Origin: Myxococcota bacterium
GTDB lineage: Bacteria; Myxococcota_A; Polyangia; Nannocystales; Nannocystaceae
DNA: 64,000 nt
Assembly (NCBI GenBank): GCA_039028615.1
Contig: JBCCHT010000027.1
Coordinates: 32,001 to 96,000 of the forward strand
Direction: 5' to 3'
Part shown: piece by piece, positions 16,662 through 24,869 of the stretch
Numbering within the stretch: position 1 is the first letter of the stretch
Layout: the number at the start of each line of letters is the position of its first letter
Notes under the pieces: generated by a model
Databases searched by the model: none
What the model was told of the DNA's origin: nothing
The model's input: the letters and a program-made list of their open reading frames with translations, nothing else
Position numbers and translations under genes: made by a program

Positions 16662-18986
16662 ATGCGAGACCTCGGCGTGTTCGTGGGCGTGGCGCTGTGC
16701 GCCTGCGGACCATCGAGCCCGGTCGCCGCGACCGACGGGGAGGACGGCACGGGCTCGGGGTCCAGCACCACGAGCGAGGCCACCACCGCCGGGACGACGA
16801 CGGGCAGCGTCGACACGAGCGACGACGGCGTCGACGACACCTCGACCACGGGTGAGCCCGAGCTGGCCACCTGCGAGCCGGGGCCGACCATCGAGCAAAC
16901 GCCCCCGCCGGGCTCGGACTGCACGCCCCTGCCGCCGCAAGTCGGCGGCCTGTGCCACGCGCTGATCACCGTCGACGGCCTCGAGGAGGGGCCGCGAAAC
17001 CTCGACCTGTTCGACACGAACGCCGACGGCCTGCTCGACATCACGGTGGTCGGTTTCGACTGGACCGCGGTGATGCTGGGTGTGCCGCAGGCGTGGCCGC
17101 GCCCGGCCGCGTCCTCGATGGTCCCGTTCACGACGGGCCCCTCGGGCATCGGTGACCTCGACGCCGACGGGCATGTCGACCAGGTCGTGGGCCGTACGCC
17201 GCTGGTACTCAGCTATGGCGACGGCAACGGGGGCTTCACCGACCGACTAGGCACCACGCTGCCGGGCCCGCTCACCGACGCGCTCACGGCCGATGTGGAC
17301 GGCGATGGCCTCGACGACCTCGTCACCCTGCACGACGACGGCACCGTGTCGGTGCTGCGCGCCACGGGCCGAGGCCGGCTCGCCGTCGACTGGACTCGGT
17401 CGTCGGCCTGCATGTCCCCCACGGGGATGGTCGCCGGGCACTTCGACGACGACGGCATCATCGACCTCGCGATCCGCAGCGGCGACGCGGGCAACGTCAC
17501 CACGCTGCACGGGGATGGCAGCGGTCACTTCACGCTCGGCGGCGGGATCGACATCGCCGCCACGACGCCCGTGCTGCTGGCCGACGACCTCGACGGTGAC
17601 GGCATCTCCGAGGTGATCGTCGCGGAGGCCCAAGTCCCGGTGGTGCGGGTGGTGGACTTTTCCAGAGGCATGCCGACCCCGGGCGCCTCGATCGCGCTCG
17701 AGCGGCCGCCCAGCGACGCCGCCCTCGTCGATCTGCAGGGCGATGGGACCCTCGATCTCGTGTTCGGCTTTGCCGATGCAATGGAGCTGGCCTGGGCCTA
17801 CGGACAAGGGGACGGCACGTTCGGTGCCGTGGAGGCCATCGAGACGCCGGCCGCGACCGAGTACGTTCGCATCGGTGACCTGAACGGCGACGGACAGCCC
17901 GATGCATTCGCTTCCGATGCGTTCGGTACGGGGTCGTTGGCCTACGGCATCCCCGACGGGAGCTTCGGGACAGTGGAGATCGGCTTCGCCGGGGCGGAGC
18001 TCCAGGACTACGTGCTGGTCGACATCGACGCCGACGGTCGCGACGATCTGGTCAGCATCGACGATGAACGCTACGCGACGGCCCTGACCGATCCCGATGG
18101 CGCCCCCGGGGTGTCCGAGAGCGTGCGGCTGCCCGACGTCCACACCGATCTCCGTTTCGTGCTCCGGACCCAGCTCGATGACGACCCTGCCCTCGACATC
18201 CTCGTCGTCGGCGACGAAGTGACGACCCTGGCCCGGCTCAACGACGGCAGCGGCGTGCTCGTCGGCGGCTCGGCCACGGCCGAGGGCTACGCCGACAACG
18301 CGGGCCTCGCCGTAGACGACTTCGATGGCGACCCGCACCCCGATTTCCTGCTCAACGGCGACAACCATCTCCAGGTGATGCACGCCGACGGCATGGGCCA
18401 GCTGGTCCCCGGCGCCACCGTCGGGCCCCTCGGTGGTTCGCGCAATCGACAGGCCACGGGCAACTTCGACGGCGCGGGCGGCCGCGACGTGCTCTGGGCC
18501 CCCCCGTTCGGGACCTTGCTCAGCGTGGGCTTGGGCGACGGCAACGGCAACTTCGGTACGCCCGTGCAGACCGATGTCGGCGAGGAGGTCGACTTCGTCG
18601 GCGTGGGCGACATGGACGAAGACGGCCTCGACGATCTCGTCGCCGACCTCGGCTTCGACTCGATCACCCTGTTCCGAGCCCAGGGCGACGGCACGTTTGC
18701 CGAGCCGCTGCCGATCTTCGTCGGTGCCCACGGTCGCCTATTCGTCGGCGACTTCAACGGCGACGATCACCTCGACATCGGCAGCTACGACGCCGTCGAG
18801 GAGGAAATCGTCACCGCGGTGGGCAACGGCGATGGAACCTTCAGCCCAGGCCAAGACTACCCCGCGCCGTTCCTCTCCCTACCGGTCGCGGGCGACATCA
18901 ACGGCGATGGGCTCGACGACGCGGTCCTGGGCGGCGAGGGCAAGGGCATCCGTTTGCTGCTGTCGAACCCGTGCGGGTGTGGCTGA
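16662..18986 (+). CDS. FG-GAP/VCBS repeat lipoprotein
   Basis: Lipobox LCAC, a Thr/Ser-rich linker, and many D-x-(D/N)-G-D-G-x-x-D repeats with GxGDGxF segments. Confidence 0.88.
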   Translation: MRDLGVFVGVALCACGPSSPVAATDGEDGTGSGSSTTSEATTAGTTTGSVDTSDDGVDDTSTTGEPELATCEPGPTIEQTPPPGSDCTPLPPQVGGLCHALITVDGLEEGPRNLDLFDTNADGLLDITVVGFDWTAVMLGVPQAWPRPAASSMVPFTTGPSGIGDLDADGHVDQVVGRTPLVLSYGDGNGGFTDRLGTTLPGPLTDALTADVDGDGLDDLVTLHDDGTVSVLRATGRGRLAVDWTRSSACMSPTGMVAGHFDDDGIIDLAIRSGDAGNVTTLHGDGSGHFTLGGGIDIAATTPVLLADDLDGDGISEVIVAEAQVPVVRVVDFSRGMPTPGASIALERPPSDAALVDLQGDGTLDLVFGFADAMELAWAYGQGDGTFGAVEAIETPAATEYVRIGDLNGDGQPDAFASDAFGTGSLAYGIPDGSFGTVEIGFAGAELQDYVLVDIDADGRDDLVSIDDERYATALTDPDGAPGVSESVRLPDVHTDLRFVLRTQLDDDPALDILVVGDEVTTLARLNDGSGVLVGGSATAEGYADNAGLAVDDFDGDPHPDFLLNGDNHLQVMHADGMGQLVPGATVGPLGGSRNRQATGNFDGAGGRDVLWAPPFGTLLSVGLGDGNGNFGTPVQTDVGEEVDFVGVGDMDEDGLDDLVADLGFDSITLFRAQGDGTFAEPLPIFVGAHGRLFVGDFNGDDHLDIGSYDAVEEEIVTAVGNGDGTFSPGQDYPAPFLSLPVAGDINGDGLDDAVLGGEGKGIRLLLSNPCGCG

Positions 18987-19121
18987 GACACCGGCCGTGC
19001 CACGCGGGCACAAATACCGTAGCGATGGTCACCGAGCCTGCCATGATCCCGCCGACGAGTGGGAATCCTGGTGGCCGTTCTGCCACTGACCCGAGAGCAG
19101 ACGCGTTGCTACGTTGAGATC

Positions 19122-19934
19122 GTGAAACTTGGACGATTGGGTTGGGGAGCGGTGCTCGTGCTCGGAGCCGTCGCTTGTGATCCTGATTCCGCGGCGACGA
19201 CGACCACCGGGGGTACGACGAGCGAAGTCGGAGACTCGGGCACCCCGGAGAAGACGAGCTCGCCCGGCATGACCTCGAATGGGCACGGCGACTCCACCAC
19301 CACTGGCGGAGACGAGGAAAGCACCACCTCCGGCACCGACGAGGCCGCCTCGAGCACGACTTCGGGCGGTGACTCCAGCTCGAGCGGCGATGCCTCCAGC
19401 AGCAGTAGCGAGAGCGGCAGCGAGAGCAGCTCGACCGGCATGGACTCCACCGGGGTCGAAGACGCCACGCTGCGGGTCTTCGTCACCAGCGCGGTCACCA
19501 ATGCGGCACTGGGAGGCACCAGCGGCGCCGACACGCTGTGCACCGACCTGGCCTCTGCCGCCGGGCTCGGAGGCACCTGGTCCGCGTGGCTGTCGACGAC
19601 CACGGTGGACGCCTCCAGCCGCATCGACCCGACCGGGGCCCCCTACACCCTCGTCGACGGCACGGTGGTCGCAGCGGACTTCGCCGACTTGCTCGACGGC
19701 GCGATCGACAATCCCATCAACCGCGACGAGAACGGCAACCCCGTCGCGGCCGACGTATGGACCGGCACGCTCGAGGACGGCACGTCGTTCGGCCTCGACT
19801 GCGGCGGGTGGACCACCACCGCGGGTACCGGCCACTGCGGTGCCGCGGTGCAGTCCAACTTCCGCTGGACCAACAACGTCACGCCCCCGTGCTTCGCCGG
19901 TCTACGCGTCTATTGCTTCGAGGACGGGGCGTAG
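19122..19934 (+). CDS. Lipoprotein with Ser/Thr-rich linker and C-terminal DUF1554-like (lectin/endostatin-like) domain
   Basis: Lipobox AVAC, RVFVTS...LGGTSGADTLC...WSAWLS...VWTGT...CGGWT...VYCFE. GTG start at 19122. Confidence 0.75.
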   Translation: MKLGRLGWGAVLVLGAVACDPDSAATTTTGGTTSEVGDSGTPEKTSSPGMTSNGHGDSTTTGGDEESTTSGTDEAASSTTSGGDSSSSGDASSSSSESGSESSSTGMDSTGVEDATLRVFVTSAVTNAALGGTSGADTLCTDLASAAGLGGTWSAWLSTTTVDASSRIDPTGAPYTLVDGTVVAADFADLLDGAIDNPINRDENGNPVAADVWTGTLEDGTSFGLDCGGWTTTAGTGHCGAAVQSNFRWTNNVTPPCFAGLRVYCFEDGA

Positions 19935-20800
19935 GCCGAGATGATGGCAGCCACGATCTCGTCGGGCGCGTCCTCTTGGATGAAGTGGCCCGCGTCGGGC
20001 AGGTCGACGACCGTGGCCTCGGGGAACTCCTCTTTCCAGCGCGCGACGAATGAGGGACCGGCGATCACCGGGTCCTTGTGTCCAAACAGCAGCAGCATCG
20101 GCTTGTCGTGCAGGTTCGCGGAGACCCGCCGCTGGAGCGCGTCGAGCCACTCTTCTTCGGCGATGATCGACTTGGGCGCCTCCGCCATGCCCGCGCGCAT
20201 GGACGGCTCGGGGACCACGTCGACATAGTGGGCGAACTCCTCGTCGGTCATGGGCGACTCGAGCGAGCGCTTCATGGCCACCTTGACGAAGAAGTTGTGC
20301 TTCTTGATGAGGTACTGGAGCGGCCACGACCCCATGAGACGGCTGAAGAACCTCATCTTGCGATCGGTGGCCGGCCAAAACCAGGTGTTGCCCATGACCA
20401 GCGCCCCGATGCGGTCGGCGTTGAGCGAGGCAACCTCCATCCCGATGGGACCGCCCCAGTCCTGGCCCATGAGCACCGCGTCCTGCAGGTCGAGGTAGTT
20501 GACCAGCTCGGAGACGACGGCGGCGTGCTCCCGCGGCGTGTAGCCGTAGCCCTCGGGGTGCACCGAGAGCCCGAAGCCGGGGTGGTCGGCCGCGATGCAG
20601 CGGAAGTGGCGTTGGAGCTTCGGAATCATCTTCCGGTACAGGAAGCTCCAGTCCGGGTTCCCGTGGAAGAGGATCAACGGTCGCCCCTGGCCCTCGTCGA
20701 TGTAGTGAATGGGCCCTACGGAACTGTCGAACCACTTCGACTCGAAGGGAAAGAGGGTGGGATTGGGGGTGAAGTCGACGATGTCGTTGGGACGTTGCAT
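19910..20800 (-). CDS. Alpha/beta hydrolase, haloalkane dehalogenase-like
   Basis: HYIDEGQG, FHGNPDWSFLYR, DHPGFGLS, nucleophile motif QDWGG, GNTW and AGHFIQED. ATG at 20800. Confidence 0.88.
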   Translation of the reverse strand: MQRPNDIVDFTPNPTLFPFESKWFDSSVGPIHYIDEGQGRPLILFHGNPDWSFLYRKMIPKLQRHFRCIAADHPGFGLSVHPEGYGYTPREHAAVVSELVNYLDLQDAVLMGQDWGGPIGMEVASLNADRIGALVMGNTWFWPATDRKMRFFSRLMGSWPLQYLIKKHNFFVKVAMKRSLESPMTDEEFAHYVDVVPEPSMRAGMAEAPKSIIAEEEWLDALQRRVSANLHDKPMLLLFGHKDPVIAGPSFVARWKEEFPEATVVDLPDAGHFIQEDAPDEIVAAIISAYAPSSKQ

Positions 20801-20826
20801 GGCGTCACCTGCTCCTTTCTTCGTAC

Positions 20827-22644
20827 TCAGCGGACAACGGGGGGACAGCCGACGTCGACGCCCAAGCCCTGGAGCTCGGCCAGCGAATCGGCCAGCGAAA
20901 GCGGCACACCGTGTGAGGGCACGATCGTCAGCGGCACGTCGGAGGTGCACGTCGTATCGATGAGGCCGGTGCTCCGCAGCCCGGCGAAGAAGGACTCCGG
21001 CCCGCCCAGCACCAAGGTCGCCCCGAAGCCAGCGTTGTACAGGTCGCCCACGTAGACGTAGCGCTGGCCCCCGAGTTCGACCGCGGTGATCAGCATGTCG
21101 TTCGAGTGGGGGTTGTCGCTCAGGTGGTACGCGGTGACGCTGACATTTTCGTCGCCGATGGAGAACGTGGCGTCCTCGGCCACCACCTCGACGACGGGCA
21201 CCACGTCGGCGCTGGCGAGCGCGTCGGGTCGAACCGTCGACTCCGCGCTGAGGATCTCGTCCCAGAACTCGCCGACCCCGTGTCCGACGACCGCGGTGGC
21301 TCCCGCCGCCACCAGCGAACGCACGCCCGACGAGCGGTCGTAGTGGTAATGGCTCTGCACCACGTGGGTGATCGGCGTGCCGGGGAAGCTCGTTTCGAGG
21401 CTCTCCACCAGGTTCGTGCCGTGGGCGGGAGAGGTCGGCGCCTCCAGCAGGATCAGCCCCTCGTCGTAGCTCACCGCCAGCGAGTTCGTCTGCCCCGCGA
21501 GCAACGTCAGGCCGGGGCCGAGGGGCTGCGGCATGAACATCGGCTCCTCGTCGACGTACGCGATGAGGCTGAAGAACGCGGTCAGGGCCGCGTGGCTCTG
21601 CTGCCCGAACTCGAACGCGTGTTCATCGACCGCGGGCTCGCCCGCCTCGCGCGGCAAGTCGAAGGTGCGGTCCTCGAACGCCGGGTCGATCTGCACCCCG
21701 GTTCGCGTCTCCTCGTGGATGACTTGCCCGGCGGACAGCAGCTCGACCGCCTGCGGGAAGGCCAAGCTCCCCCGCATGTCCCAGTCGGCGTAGCGGACCT
21801 CGATGTCCACATCGCGCACCAGCAGGTGGTTTTCGCGGGTCTCGAGCTTGCTGATGAAGCCGGTCTCCTCATCGACGAAGAGCCGAATCTCCTCCCCCGG
21901 GCCCGCGAAGGTCACGATGCGATGCGGCCGGCCGTCGACGTCCTCCTCGCCGCCTTCCCCGACGAGCGACGAATCGGCCAGCCCCTCGCGAAGATAAAAG
22001 TGAGGGTTGAGCAGCCGCTGTTGCGTCCACAGGGCGCCCACATGCTGCGAGGGCATGGGCCCTGGGGGCACGAACGCTGCCTGTGCACTCAGGCCCCCGA
22101 CGTTGCCGTCGAGCACCACGCTGAACACGGCGGGCGGGAAGAACTGCAGCGCCTCGAACAGCGACACTCGTTCCTTGTCGACACGAAAGCGCTCGTTCGG
22201 AACGTCGAACGAGTACGTGGCGGAGTAGTTGGTGATCGCGACGATCTCGCCCGGCTCGAGCTCCTCGTAGTCGATGTGCCGCGTGCCGCTGGCGGTGATC
22301 TGCAGGCCCTCGAGCGCTTCGAGGGCATCGGCGCCCCCGACCGCATCGACGGCCTGATCGAAGGCACTGCCGTCGGCCCCCGTGCTCGTGTCCGATTCGT
22401 CGGCCGCGGTGGTGTCCGTGCCCTCGGTGACGCCGCTGGTGCTCCCCGAATCGGTGCCTCCTTCGGTGGAGGCATTGCTCATGCCGGAGGTCGAGTCACC
22501 CGTGTCGGTCGTGCCCGCGGTCGCGCCATCACTCGTGCTCGAGTCGTCGCCACAACCGGCGCTCAGTGCGAGCAAGGACGCGCAAGACAATGCCCCGAGC
22601 AGCGTCGAGCGTCGGGTGCGATTGGAGTCGTTGGAGTGGTCCAC
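20827..22644 (-). CDS. Lipoprotein with C-terminal metallo-beta-lactamase-like fold (degenerate motif)
   Basis: Lipobox LSAGC, a Ser/Thr linker, and ITHVVQSHYHYDRSSG, PHSNDM and VGDL, which correspond to MBL motifs. Confidence 0.7.
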   Translation of the reverse strand: MDHSNDSNRTRRSTLLGALSCASLLALSAGCGDDSSTSDGATAGTTDTGDSTSGMSNASTEGGTDSGSTSGVTEGTDTTAADESDTSTGADGSAFDQAVDAVGGADALEALEGLQITASGTRHIDYEELEPGEIVAITNYSATYSFDVPNERFRVDKERVSLFEALQFFPPAVFSVVLDGNVGGLSAQAAFVPPGPMPSQHVGALWTQQRLLNPHFYLREGLADSSLVGEGGEEDVDGRPHRIVTFAGPGEEIRLFVDEETGFISKLETRENHLLVRDVDIEVRYADWDMRGSLAFPQAVELLSAGQVIHEETRTGVQIDPAFEDRTFDLPREAGEPAVDEHAFEFGQQSHAALTAFFSLIAYVDEEPMFMPQPLGPGLTLLAGQTNSLAVSYDEGLILLEAPTSPAHGTNLVESLETSFPGTPITHVVQSHYHYDRSSGVRSLVAAGATAVVGHGVGEFWDEILSAESTVRPDALASADVVPVVEVVAEDATFSIGDENVSVTAYHLSDNPHSNDMLITAVELGGQRYVYVGDLYNAGFGATLVLGGPESFFAGLRSTGLIDTTCTSDVPLTIVPSHGVPLSLADSLAELQGLGVDVGCPPVVR

Positions 22645-22929
22645 CGTCGGTTCCTCACTGGGTCCAAGGTGCCGAGCCGTGGGGGCGACACCCGTTCGCT
22701 GCCCAACCTAGGACCACGCGACCGATGTGCGAGCGGCAAGAATGAGGAGGGTCGATGCACGAGCGCATCGCGGCGGAGCGCCGTTCGAGGCCATGTTTCT
22801 GGCCCTTTTGCGATCGATCCCCCTCACTCGATGCGCGGTCGCGAAGCTCGATGAACCAAGCAGCGACCGACGTTGAACCACGCCTCCGCACCATGCACAC
22901 TGAAAGCGTCGATCGAAGAGAAGGGTTCC

Positions 22930-23574
22930 TTGTCGAGCACCGCGCTACTCGCCCTCATCGTCGCCTCCACGGCCCCCGCCTCGGACTCGGCAGACCAGCC
23001 GTCCCCGCCGACGGAACCTCCGCCCGTGGCCACCTTCGCGTCGCACATGGCCCGCGGCGTACCGCTCACGGTCGGCTACTTTGGCCCCTACGCGATTCAG
23101 CCGGGGGTCCGCGTCGGCACCTGGTTCCCCATCAAGGCCTGGACCAAGACCCGCGACGCGCGGCGTGGCCCCGTCACGCGCACGGGGAGCCTCTTCGCCG
23201 GACCGCAGCTGGCCTTCTTCGCTCGCCCCGGCAACCACCTCAGCGTGATGGCCAGCGGTGAGCTCGGCTATCGCTTCCAACGACACGACCGCAAGGTCCA
23301 CTCCGCGTTCGCGATCGGTGGTGGGTACCTCGCGTCCTTTCAGATCGTGACCATCGCCGTCGATCTGAGCAGCGGAGACAAGAACAACACCCGGGAAATG
23401 CGGCACTACTTCGTGCCCACTCTCAGCTACGCCCTCGGGCACGACGTGCTGCCCAACTTCGGCTGGTTCCTGAAGTTTTCCTACGGCCAGAAGCTCTCCG
23501 TCCCCATCGAGAGCTCAGCCATGGTCATGGTCGAGCTCGGTCTGTCGTTTCGCCTCGGAGGGCGCCGCCCATGA
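22930..23574 (+). CDS. Hypothetical secreted protein, possibly an outer-membrane beta-barrel
   Basis: Hydrophobic N-terminus, alternating amphipathic beta-strands and C-terminal ELGLSFRL. Stop overlaps the next start (ATGA). Start uncertain (TTG 22930). Confidence 0.55.
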   Translation: MSSTALLALIVASTAPASDSADQPSPPTEPPPVATFASHMARGVPLTVGYFGPYAIQPGVRVGTWFPIKAWTKTRDARRGPVTRTGSLFAGPQLAFFARPGNHLSVMASGELGYRFQRHDRKVHSAFAIGGGYLASFQIVTIAVDLSSGDKNNTREMRHYFVPTLSYALGHDVLPNFGWFLKFSYGQKLSVPIESSAMVMVELGLSFRLGGRRP

Positions 23575-24788
23575 GCCACCGCAAGATCGACCGCCGAGCA
23601 TTCCTCGCCCAGTGCAGGGCGCTCGGGCTGGGCCTGCCCTGGTTACCGCTGCTGCTCGAGGGCTGCGGTGAAGACGTCGGCGGCCTCTACTCCAATTTCG
23701 AGGTCGGCTTCTCCGGCCGGGTCATCGTCGTGGGCGCGGGCGCATCGGGGCTCGCCGCGGGCTACCTGCTCCAGCGCTACGGCATCGATTTCGAGATCCT
23801 CGAGGCCTCGTCGGACATCGGCGGCCGCGTCAAGCGAGCCCCGGACTTCGCCGACTTTCCCATCGACGTCGGCGCGGAGTGGATCCACGAGGACCCGGTC
23901 ATCCTGGCCAACCTCATCGACGATTCCACCGTCGAGGGTTCCATCGACGTCGTGCCCTACAGCCCCGATACCGTGTACACGTGGTCCAACGGCCGACTCA
24001 ATCGGCTCAACGCGGGCGGCAACTTCTATAGCGAGTTCAAGTTCAAGAGCACGACCTGGTACGGCTTCCTCGAGACCTACTTCGCCTCTGGCTTCCGCGA
24101 CCGCATCTCGCTCGACACCCCGGTCACCCGCATCGACACCCAAGGTGACGGGGTCATCATCACCGACGCACAGGGGATGGAACGCCAGGCCGACCGCGTC
24201 TTGATCACCGTCCCCGTCCAGGTTCTGCGCAGCGACATCATCGAGTTCACGCCCGCGCTGCCGCAGGCCAAGCGGGACGCGCTCGACCAGGTGCAGATCC
24301 CCGACGGCATCAAGGTCTTCATCGAGTTCTCCGAGCGCTTCTACCCCGACATCCTGCTCGTCGGCGCCGTGCTCTCGGACTCCTTCACCGAGAAGATCTA
24401 TTACGACGCCGCGTTTCGGAAGGACTCCGGCCGCAACGTCATGGGGCTGTTCTGGGTCAGCGAGCAGGCGTCCGAGTTCACCTCGTTGGGCTCCGATCAG
24501 GAGATCGTCGACGCCATGCTGGCCGAGCTCGATCAGATGTTCGACGGCCAGGCCTCGTCTTCCTACGTCGACCACGTCGTCCAGAACTGGTCGCAGGAGC
24601 CCTACATTCGGGGGGCGTACTCGACCGGTTTTGGCACCTCGACCGAGGCGACCCAGGCCGCGTTGATCGAGCCGGTCGACGACAAGCTGTTCTTCTCCGG
24701 GGAAGCGCTGGCCACCGACAACTCGGCCACCGTGCCCGGCGCGATGCAATCGGCCTACGCCGCCATCGAGGCTCTGCTCCGCAGCTAG
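23571..24788 (+). CDS. Flavin monoamine oxidase family FAD-dependent oxidoreductase with Tat/lipoprotein leader
   Basis: DRRAFL...LLEGC leader, VVGAGASGLAA, EASSDIGGRV, DVGAEWIH, WSQEPYIRGAYS and LFFSGEA...GAMQS. Confidence 0.88.
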   Translation: MSHRKIDRRAFLAQCRALGLGLPWLPLLLEGCGEDVGGLYSNFEVGFSGRVIVVGAGASGLAAGYLLQRYGIDFEILEASSDIGGRVKRAPDFADFPIDVGAEWIHEDPVILANLIDDSTVEGSIDVVPYSPDTVYTWSNGRLNRLNAGGNFYSEFKFKSTTWYGFLETYFASGFRDRISLDTPVTRIDTQGDGVIITDAQGMERQADRVLITVPVQVLRSDIIEFTPALPQAKRDALDQVQIPDGIKVFIEFSERFYPDILLVGAVLSDSFTEKIYYDAAFRKDSGRNVMGLFWVSEQASEFTSLGSDQEIVDAMLAELDQMFDGQASSSYVDHVVQNWSQEPYIRGAYSTGFGTSTEATQAALIEPVDDKLFFSGEALATDNSATVPGAMQSAYAAIEALLRS

Positions 24789-24814
24789 AGGCACCCGTCG
24801 CCCAAAAAGCGAGA

Positions 24815-24846
24815 GCCCGGGCTCGAGACGACGCTCGAGCACGGGC
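24815..24846. terminator. Hairpin between convergent genes (candidate terminator)
   Basis: GCCCG-G-GCTCGAG / ACGACG loop / CTCGAGC-A-CGGGC. The A-run at 24804-24808 would be a U-tract for the minus-strand transcript. Confidence 0.5.
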
Positions 24847-24869
24847 CCTGTGAGCTTGCCGCCCAGCGA

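Noticed and set aside
19910..19934. 25-bp overlap of convergent 3' ends
   Set aside because: Short tail-to-tail overlaps are common in GC-rich genomes, and there is no sign of special function.
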